From Candidatus Omnitrophota bacterium (lineage in GTDB: Bacteria; Omnitrophota; Gorgyraeia; Gygaellales; Profunditerraquicolaceae), in assembly GCA_030650425.1 (NCBI GenBank), contig JAUSED010000005.1, forward strand, positions 142,932 to 206,931: a stretch of 64,000 nucleotides of DNA, written 5' to 3'. Each line of letters starts with the position of its first letter. Within the stretch, counting starts at the first letter, position 1. The position numbers and the translations under genes are program-made. This document shows, in pieces, positions 57,297 to 64,000 of this stretch. Below the pieces are notes generated by a model. The model worked only from the letters and a program-made list of their open reading frames with translations, was not told where the DNA came from and did not search any database.

Positions 57297-57345
57297 AAGG
57301 GGACACTTTCCAACAAGTAGTTAACGCTCGTAGGAAAATGTCCCC
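57297..57345. repeat. Palindromic element AAGGGGACACTTTCC-21 nt loop-GGAAAATGTCCCCT
   Basis: Immediately 3' of the glnN stop. Loop shared with the copy at 28211-28257. Confidence 0.7.
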
Positions 57346-57353
57346 TACTGCTA

Positions 57354-57390
57354 AAACCCTCTGTGAAATTTCTTGCAGAGGGTTTTTCTT
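57354..57390 (+). terminator. Rho-independent terminator AAACCCTCTG-tgaaatttcttg-CAGAGGGTTTTTCTT
   Basis: 10-bp GC stem followed by a U-tract. Confidence 0.7.
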
Positions 57391-57410
57391 AGGTGTATTA
57401 TATATGCTCC

Positions 57411-60400
57411 ATGAATAATAGAGAAAAGTTAGAGAAATTTGGATTATACGATCCGCGTTTCGAGCATGATTCTTGCGGAGTGGGTTTTATTTGCAATGTC
57501 AAGGGAGTAAAATCCCATGAGATTGTCGCTTCCGGCATAGAGATACTTAAACGGCTGGCGCACCGCGGGGCTACCGGCGCTGATCCAAAGACAGGCGATG
57601 GTGCCGGCATACTCATACAGATGCCGCATGAATTTATGCTTAAGGCCGCAGGAGAAAATAATATTTCTCTGCCGCCAAAAGGCGCGTACGGCACAGGTCT
57701 AATTTTCCTTCCGCAGCTTGAGCCTGAGCGTAAGCTTTGTAAAGATATCTTTAGCAAGATTATCAAACAGGAGAAACAGCAATTACTTGGCTGGCGCAAA
57801 GTTCCTGTTGATAATACTGTTATAGGCAAGACAGCTCAGGAAACTCAGCCGGTGATTGAGCAGGTATTTATAGGGATTGCTTCGTCGTCCCGCCAAGGCG
57901 GGACTCCTCGCAATGACAACGATAATCTGGAATTTGAGAGAAAACTTTATTTAATCCGTAAGCAGGTTGAAAATAAAATCCGGGCATCCGCCTTAAAACA
58001 AAAATCCTTCTTCTATATTACGAATCTTTCCAGCCGCACTCTTTCCTATAAGGGTTTGCTGATGCCTGAACAGGTGGATAGTTTCTTCCCGGACTTAAAA
58101 GATCAAGATATGCGGAGTTGCTTGAGCCTAGTGCACTCGCGCTATTCCACGAATACCTTTCCTACCTGGGATTTATCCCAGCCATTTAGGTTTCTGGCGC
58201 ATAACGGAGAGATCAATACCCTGCGCGGAAATATTAATTGGATGACCGCTAGAGAGAGCCTGCTTAAAAGTAAGCATCTCGGAGACCTGAAGAAAATATT
58301 CCCGGTAATTGTCCCCGGAGGAAGCGATTCAGCCAGCATTGATAATGTTTTTGAGCTGCTTTATTTATCCGGGAGGAGCCTCCCGCACGCCATGATGATG
58401 CTTATCCCCGGCGCATGGGAGGAGAACCAGCTGCTTGATGAGAAGATAAGAGGGTTTTACCGCTTCCATACCTGTCTTATGGAGCCTTGGGACGGCCCGG
58501 CGGCAATCGCCTTTACCGACGGAACAAAGATCGGAGCGCTTTTAGACAGGAATGGCCTGCGTCCCGCGCGTTACTTGGTAACGAAGAACGATTTGGTAAT
58601 TATGGCTTCCGAGGTCGGGGTATTAGATATAAAACCGGCGGATATAGTTTATTCCGGAAGATTAGAGCCCGGAAAAATGTTTTTTATCGATACCGCGGCC
58701 GGTAAAATTATCGATGACGCTCAGGTTAAAAAAGAAGTATCCGTGATAAAGCCTTATCCGCGGTGGCTGAAAGATAATATTATAGAATTAGATAAGTTAT
58801 CAGAAAACAGAAGACAGAAAAAAGAAGACAGAAAAGGCTATAAAGGTTATCCGAAGCAAGATAGCTTAATCTTGCTGAAAGTATTCGGTTACACCCGCGA
58901 AGACTTGAAGTTTATCCTTAAGCCTATGGCCCGGGACGCTCAGGAACCGATTGGCTCAATGGGTAATGATGCTCCGCACGCGCTTTTATCCAGCAAGCCG
59001 CAGCTGCTCTTTAACTATTTTAAGCAGCTTTTCGCGCAGGTAACCAATCCGGCAATCGACCCTATCCGCGAAGAGCTGGTGATGAGCCTGCATACGTACC
59101 TGGGGCCGGAGAAAAACATCCTTGATGAAACTCCCGGGCACTGCCGCAAATTATTTATCAGGCATCCTGTCTTAAGTAACGCGGAGTTAGAGACGATCCG
59201 TAAAATAAAGAAGGCCGGATTTAAGACTAAAACAATATCGTTGCTTTTTGCAACCAAAGAGAAGGATGCTTTAGCCAAAGCAATCGCAAGGATCCGCAAG
59301 GAAACGGCTAAAGCCATAAAAGATAAATATACCTTTGTAATTTTATCCGATCGGGGGGTGGATCAAGAACATGCGGCTATCCCCAGTTTATTAGCCAGCG
59401 CGGCCCTGCACCATTATTTAGTGCGCCACTCACTGCGCACGCAGATTAGCCTGATTCTGGAGACTGCCGAGCCGCGCGAAGTGCATCACTTCGCCTTATT
59501 ATTCGCTTATGGCGCTGACTGCGTCAACCCTTATTTAGCATACGCGGCAGTGGAGAGCTTAGTGGATGATCAGGAATTGAGCATAGATAAACAGAGCGCG
59601 CTTAAACATTACCTTAAGGCGATTGATAAAGGGATTTTAAAGATCCTTTCTAAAATGGGTATTTCTACTTTACAGAGTTATCGCGGGGCGCAAATTTTTG
59701 AAGCCTTGGGGTTGAATCAAGATATGATTAACGAATATTTTAGCGGCACGGTTTCGCGGATTGGCGGAGCAGGCCTAGAGGTTATTGCTCAAGAAACCTT
59801 AATGCGCCATGAGCATGCCTTTAGCGAAACTGGCGATGGAGAGGGCCTTTTAGCCGCGGGAGGGATCTATCAATGGAAGCGCGACGGAGAATTCCATCTC
59901 TGGAATCCGGAGAGTATCGCGGCCTTACAGGATGCGGCGCGCAATAATGACGCCAAGCGCTATCAGGAATTTTCGCGGCTGATTAATGATCAGTCTGGCC
60001 AACCGGTTACCTTAAGGAGCCTTTTTAAATTTAAGCACTCTACTCCCATCCCGCTGGAAGAAGTAGAGCCGCTGGAAGAAATTATCAAACGTTTTGCCAC
60101 AGGCGCGATGAGTTTTGGCTCGATTTCCCGCGCTACGCACGAAACCATTGCCATCGCGATGAACCGCTTAGGAGGCAAGTCCAATACCGGAGAAGGGGGA
60201 GAAGATCCGGCGCGCTTTAGCCCGCTTCCTAACGGCGATTCCAAAAGAAGCGCGATCAAGCAGGTTGCCTCCGGCCGTTTTGGGGTGACCACAAATTATC
60301 TGGTGAATAGCGATGAAATACAAATTAAGATCGCTCAAGGGGCCAAACCCGGCGAGGGAGGGCAATTACCCGGGCATAAGGTAAGCGTAACTATCGCTAA

Positions 60401-61991
60401 GACCCGCTACACTACGCCCGGGGTTACTTTGATTTCTCCTCCGCCGCATCATGATATTTATTCGATCGAAGATCTGGCCCAGCTGATCTTCGATTTAAAA
60501 AACACTAATCCCGGAGCGCGGATTAGCGTGAAATTAGTCTCGGAAATCGGCGTGGGGACGATTGCCGCGGGCGTGGCAAAAGGCCATGCGGATATGATTT
60601 TAATTTCCGGCGGAGATGGAGGCACAGGGGCCTCACCGTTAAGCTCGATTAAACACGCGGGCTTGCCTTGGGAGTTAGGTATCGCTGAAACTAATCAAAC
60701 CTTAGTCCTAAATGATTTGCGCAGCCGCGTCCGTCTGCAGGCTGACGGCCAGATGCGCACAGGCAGGGATGTGGCTGTCGCCGCGCTCTTAGGCGCGGAA
60801 GAATTCGGATTTTGCACGGCGGTATTAATTACCTTAGGCTGTGTAATGCTGCGGCACTGTAATCTGAATACCTGTTCGGTGGGGATTGCCACGCAGGATG
60901 AAATGCTGGAAAAAAGATTTCAGGGCAAGCCCGAATATATTGAGAATTATTTTCGTTTTGTAGCCCAAGAGTTACGCCAGATTATGAGCGGGCTGGGCAT
61001 TAGAAGAATCGATGAACTGATCGGCCGTACTGATCTTTTAGAGCCGAATACGGCTATTCTTCCCTGGAAGGCAAAAGGAATGGATTTTTCACGCCTTTTC
61101 TACCGGCCGGCTTTAGCGGAAAATATCGGCAGGCATTGCTTGATTAAACAGAACCACGGTATTGATCAAGTTTTAGACCGTAAACTTATTGAGTTAGCCA
61201 AACCCAGCCTAAAGATGAGAGAATCAGTAAGGCATGAGCTTCCCATTAAGAATGTAAATCGTACTACCGGCGCGATGTTAAGCGGAGAAATTTGTAAGGC
61301 TTACGGAGAAGAAGGCTTGGCCGAAGATACGCTATATTTTAAATTTAAGGGTGTAGCCGGACAAAGCTTTGGCGCCTGGCTGGCCAAGGGTGTTACTTTT
61401 GAGCTGGAAGGCTTGAGTAATGATTATATAGGTAAAGGCATTTCAGGAGGTAAAATTATTGTTTATCCGGATAAAAATACGCATTATCAATCCGAAGAAA
61501 ATATTATTATCGGCAATACTACCTTTTATGGAGCGATCAGCGGCGAGGCATATATCCGCGGAGTAGCCGGAGAGAGATTCTGCATCAGGAATTCCGGGCT
61601 ATACGCGGTGGTAGAGGGAGTAGGCGACCATGCCTGTGAGTATATGACCGGAGGCCGGGTGGCCATCTTAGGCAAAACCGGCAGGAACTTTGGGGCAGGA
61701 ATGTCCGGAGGCATTGCTTATGTTTATGATCGTGATAGGCAGTTTAAATATAAATGCAATATGGGGATGGTAGAACTGGATAAACCTGACTCGCAAGACA
61801 GCGAAACAATTAAAAGGCTCCTTTCTAATCATTTCAAATACACGGCTAGCCCGTCGGCCAAAATAATTCTGGATAATTTAAGCCGGGAATTACCATATTT
61901 TGTTAAAGTTATGCCTTTGGAATACAAGAGGATCTTGGAAGAAAATAAAATGGCCAAGAAGTTGGATTTAGGGGAATATTCGGATGGGTGA
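57411..61991 (+). CDS. gltB: Glutamate synthase large subunit
   Basis: N-terminal glutaminase CGVGF, FMN and Cys-cluster regions, about 1526 aa. A GTG at 57393 is an alternative start. Confidence 0.9.
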   Translation: MNNREKLEKFGLYDPRFEHDSCGVGFICNVKGVKSHEIVASGIEILKRLAHRGATGADPKTGDGAGILIQMPHEFMLKAAGENNISLPPKGAYGTGLIFLPQLEPERKLCKDIFSKIIKQEKQQLLGWRKVPVDNTVIGKTAQETQPVIEQVFIGIASSSRQGGTPRNDNDNLEFERKLYLIRKQVENKIRASALKQKSFFYITNLSSRTLSYKGLLMPEQVDSFFPDLKDQDMRSCLSLVHSRYSTNTFPTWDLSQPFRFLAHNGEINTLRGNINWMTARESLLKSKHLGDLKKIFPVIVPGGSDSASIDNVFELLYLSGRSLPHAMMMLIPGAWEENQLLDEKIRGFYRFHTCLMEPWDGPAAIAFTDGTKIGALLDRNGLRPARYLVTKNDLVIMASEVGVLDIKPADIVYSGRLEPGKMFFIDTAAGKIIDDAQVKKEVSVIKPYPRWLKDNIIELDKLSENRRQKKEDRKGYKGYPKQDSLILLKVFGYTREDLKFILKPMARDAQEPIGSMGNDAPHALLSSKPQLLFNYFKQLFAQVTNPAIDPIREELVMSLHTYLGPEKNILDETPGHCRKLFIRHPVLSNAELETIRKIKKAGFKTKTISLLFATKEKDALAKAIARIRKETAKAIKDKYTFVILSDRGVDQEHAAIPSLLASAALHHYLVRHSLRTQISLILETAEPREVHHFALLFAYGADCVNPYLAYAAVESLVDDQELSIDKQSALKHYLKAIDKGILKILSKMGISTLQSYRGAQIFEALGLNQDMINEYFSGTVSRIGGAGLEVIAQETLMRHEHAFSETGDGEGLLAAGGIYQWKRDGEFHLWNPESIAALQDAARNNDAKRYQEFSRLINDQSGQPVTLRSLFKFKHSTPIPLEEVEPLEEIIKRFATGAMSFGSISRATHETIAIAMNRLGGKSNTGEGGEDPARFSPLPNGDSKRSAIKQVASGRFGVTTNYLVNSDEIQIKIAQGAKPGEGGQLPGHKVSVTIAKTRYTTPGVTLISPPPHHDIYSIEDLAQLIFDLKNTNPGARISVKLVSEIGVGTIAAGVAKGHADMILISGGDGGTGASPLSSIKHAGLPWELGIAETNQTLVLNDLRSRVRLQADGQMRTGRDVAVAALLGAEEFGFCTAVLITLGCVMLRHCNLNTCSVGIATQDEMLEKRFQGKPEYIENYFRFVAQELRQIMSGLGIRRIDELIGRTDLLEPNTAILPWKAKGMDFSRLFYRPALAENIGRHCLIKQNHGIDQVLDRKLIELAKPSLKMRESVRHELPIKNVNRTTGAMLSGEICKAYGEEGLAEDTLYFKFKGVAGQSFGAWLAKGVTFELEGLSNDYIGKGISGGKIIVYPDKNTHYQSEENIIIGNTTFYGAISGEAYIRGVAGERFCIRNSGLYAVVEGVGDHACEYMTGGRVAILGKTGRNFGAGMSGGIAYVYDRDRQFKYKCNMGMVELDKPDSQDSETIKRLLSNHFKYTASPSAKIILDNLSRELPYFVKVMPLEYKRILEENKMAKKLDLGEYSDG

Positions 61992-63426
61992 TCTCAAGGG
62001 TTTTTTAAAAGTTAAGCGCAAGAAGGGTGAAGTCCGCCCGGTATGCGAGCGGCTAAAAGACTTCGCTGATGTGGTGGTCTTGCCTAAACAAGAGCATTCT
62101 GTTGAACAGGCCTCGCGTTGTATGGATTGCGGCACGCCTTTTTGCCACTGGGGCTGTCCGGTGGGAAATTACATACCAGAGTGGAACGACGCGGTATTCA
62201 ACAAAAACTGGGAAAAGGCTTTTAGATTATTGTCCGCGACGAATAATCTTCCTGAGATAACCGGAAGGATCTGTCCGGCGACTTGCGAATATGCCTGCGT
62301 TTTGGGCATCAACGATGAGCCGGTAACCATTCGCGATAATGAGCTGGCGGTTATTGAATATGCCTTTAAACACGGGATTATTAGGCCTAACCCTCCTAAA
62401 AAACGCACCCATAAAAAAATAGCGGTGATCGGCTCAGGGCCCGCGGGCCTATCCTGCGCGGATCAATTAAATAAAGCCGGACATAAAGTAACTGTTTTTG
62501 AGCGCGACGATAAGATCGGCGGAATTATGCGCTACGGCATACCTGATTTTAAGCTGGAAAAAAAGGTTTTGGACCGGAGAATAGATCTACTCAAAAAAGA
62601 AGGGATCGAATTTAAGGTTTCGGCAAAGATAGGCCGGGATTATCCCATTATAAAATTAAAGGAAGATTTTAACGCTCTGGCGCTGGCTTGCGGTTCGCGG
62701 ATTCCCCGCGATTTGGCTATTGAGGGAAGGAATTTATCGGGCGTCTATTTTGCCATGGACTATCTTGTGCAATCAAATAGGCGGGTGGCCGGAGAAAAAA
62801 TACCTCCGGATAAGCTAATCGATGCTCAAGGCAAGAAAGTAGTGGTTATCGGTGGAGGGGATACCGGAGCTGATTGTATGGGCGTGGCCCACCGCCAAGG
62901 GGCTGCCTGTGTTTCTCAGATAGAGATTATGCCAAGGCCGCAAGAGTGCCGGACAAAAGATTTTCCCTGGCCTAAGTACCCACTCATCCTGAAGACATCG
63001 ACCAGCCATGAAGAGGGAGGGGAGCGTGACTGGGCCATCCTGACTAAGAAATTTATCGGTGAGTCTGGAAAGCTAAAGAAGATACTCTGCGTCAGGGTAG
63101 AATTTAAGCAGGACGCTAAAGGTTGCCCCGCAATGCAGGAAATTAAAGGAAGCGAGTTTGAAATCGAGGCGGACTTGGTGATCCTGGCCTTGGGTTTCCT
63201 GCATCCTGAGAAAAAAGGGTTAATCGAAGAATTGGGGCTGGAATTAGACCAGCGGGGCAATGTTAAAACCAACCCGGAGTTTATGACTTCAGCTAAAGGG
63301 ATATTCTCCTGCGGTGATATGCGCCGCGGCCAATCCCTGATTGCCTGGGCCATCGCCGAAGGCCGCAAAGCCGCGCATTTCGTTGATAAATACCTGATGG
63401 GCCGAACCTTCTTACCTAATATATAG
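61984..63426 (+). CDS. gltD: Glutamate synthase small subunit (NADPH-dependent beta chain)
   Basis: Two Cys clusters, FAD/NAD GxGxxG motifs (IAVIGSGPAG, VVVIGGGDTG). 8-nt overlap with gltB. Confidence 0.9.
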   Translation: MGDLKGFLKVKRKKGEVRPVCERLKDFADVVVLPKQEHSVEQASRCMDCGTPFCHWGCPVGNYIPEWNDAVFNKNWEKAFRLLSATNNLPEITGRICPATCEYACVLGINDEPVTIRDNELAVIEYAFKHGIIRPNPPKKRTHKKIAVIGSGPAGLSCADQLNKAGHKVTVFERDDKIGGIMRYGIPDFKLEKKVLDRRIDLLKKEGIEFKVSAKIGRDYPIIKLKEDFNALALACGSRIPRDLAIEGRNLSGVYFAMDYLVQSNRRVAGEKIPPDKLIDAQGKKVVVIGGGDTGADCMGVAHRQGAACVSQIEIMPRPQECRTKDFPWPKYPLILKTSTSHEEGGERDWAILTKKFIGESGKLKKILCVRVEFKQDAKGCPAMQEIKGSEFEIEADLVILALGFLHPEKKGLIEELGLELDQRGNVKTNPEFMTSAKGIFSCGDMRRGQSLIAWAIAEGRKAAHFVDKYLMGRTFLPNI

Positions 63427-63437
63427 CTAAAAAAAGT

Positions 63438-63465
63438 TTGCATAATTCTAAAGATAAGCTATAAT
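63438..63465 (+). promoter_or_regulatory. Sigma70 promoter TTGCAT-16-TATAAT
   Basis: Sits 33 nt upstream of the ATG at 63499. Confidence 0.5.
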
Positions 63466-63498
63466 CGCCTTAGATATACATTTAACATTTAGCGTCAT

Positions 63499-64000
63499 AT
63501 GGAGCGAAAACTTAAACCAATATATGTTCAGCAGCGCCTTCAGGCAAAAGGAGTCCGTTTGTTTTCTCCAGCGGACTTCAGAAGAGTCTTTGGCGTATCT
63601 TTGCGCGCGACGCAGGAGTTCATCAAGGATCATTGTGACGACCTTTTTTTAAAAATAAGAAACGGGCTTTATACGTTACGAATTGACCAGCCAAGAGAGG
63701 AAACTATCGCCAACAGGCTTTATGCGCCTAGTTACATTTCTTTTGAATACGCGCTTTCCCATTACGGTATCATTCCCGAATCCGTTTACACAATAACATC
63801 AGCGACAACGCGGATTACCCGACAGTTCGTTGTCAATAATAAGTCATTTACCTACTCCCACATTAAAAAACAGGCTTATCGCGGCTATAAAACAGAAAAA
63901 ATAGGCGGTATGACTGTTCTTATGGCCGAGCCGGAAAAGGCCCTCGTAGATTACCTTTATTTTGTCAGCCTTAAGCGAAAAACTCTTAATGAACGCCTCA
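63499..64000 (+). CDS. AbiEi-like (type IV TA / abortive-infection antitoxin family) protein; 3' partial, runs off the window
   Basis: Open frame with no stop to the window end (absent from the track for that reason). KIRNGLYTLR and ALVDYLYF resemble AbiEi N- and C-terminal motifs. Confidence 0.45.
   Translation, partial: MERKLKPIYVQQRLQAKGVRLFSPADFRRVFGVSLRATQEFIKDHCDDLFLKIRNGLYTLRIDQPREETIANRLYAPSYISFEYALSHYGIIPESVYTITSATTRITRQFVVNNKSFTYSHIKKQAYRGYKTEKIGGMTVLMAEPEKALVDYLYFVSLKRKTLNERL

Noticed and set aside
53280-57410. ORF-track N-terminal extensions for amt (53280), glnK (54562), glnN (55049) and gltB (57393)
   Set aside because: Each has a strong Shine-Dalgarno sequence positioned for a downstream in-frame ATG (53325, 54610, 55091, 57411). 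The upstream extensions would include the SD, or a palindromic element, within the coding region.

Overview
This window comes from an AT-rich bacterial genome in which essentially every gene is on the + strand. It has two very different halves.

**Positions 2 to 28369: one uninterrupted + strand reading frame.** The track gives a 9434-aa ORF from a TTG at 65, but the frame has no stop back to position 2, so the gene probably starts upstream of the window. The protein is a mosaic of unrelated modules.
- Modules I can recognise include a PfkB-type sugar kinase fold, two nearly identical histidine-kinase phosphoacceptor/ATPase blocks, tandem receiver domains, PrmA-like and other SAM-methyltransferase motifs, an HD hydrolase motif, a multi-helix membrane segment and a PEP-utilising-like segment.
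- At least 27 copies of a strongly GC-rich 13 to 20 nt core, consensus CCGCCGCCTCGCCGGT(T), join the modules. Every copy is in the same orientation and the same reading frame, where it encodes Ala-Ala-Ser-Pro-Val/Leu. The core is conserved at the nucleotide level.
- Three modules are complete toxin-antitoxin operons written on the minus strand: PIN/VapBC-like, DUF433/DUF5615-like and a second PIN pair. They have their own sigma70-like promoters and Shine-Dalgarno sites. In the first cassette the codon usage avoids TTA, CTA and TCA, so the + strand frame stays open through it.
- There is also a 0.9 kb module duplication of roughly 97% identity that starts exactly at a junction core, and a 900 bp in-frame insertion flanked by short direct repeats. 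Several longer conserved junction blocks occur as well.
- I read this as a previously undescribed junction-delimited, in-frame cassette or polyprotein array. Its closest analogues are the recombination handles of polymorphic toxin loci and the giant genes of Omnitrophota-like bacteria. I cannot exclude an engineered construct.

**Positions 28.4 to 64 kb: conventional gene content.**
- Tandem PilZ proteins.
- A sugar-uptake and glycoside-hydrolase locus: ABC substrate-binding protein, two permeases, two clan GH-A hydrolase paralogues, a tandem carbohydrate-binding-like protein, and ROK and LacI regulators.
- Class II B12-dependent ribonucleotide reductase, archaeal-type iPGM, MnmG, a QueG-like protein, GreA, an Lrp/AsnC regulator and an aminotransferase.
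- A complete nitrogen-assimilation cluster: GAF-ANTAR regulator, structured leader, porin, Amt, PII, GSIII, GltB and GltD.
- A partial AbiEi-like gene at the window edge.
- Two families of palindromic REP-like elements sit immediately 3' of stop codons, including at the 3' end of the giant ORF.
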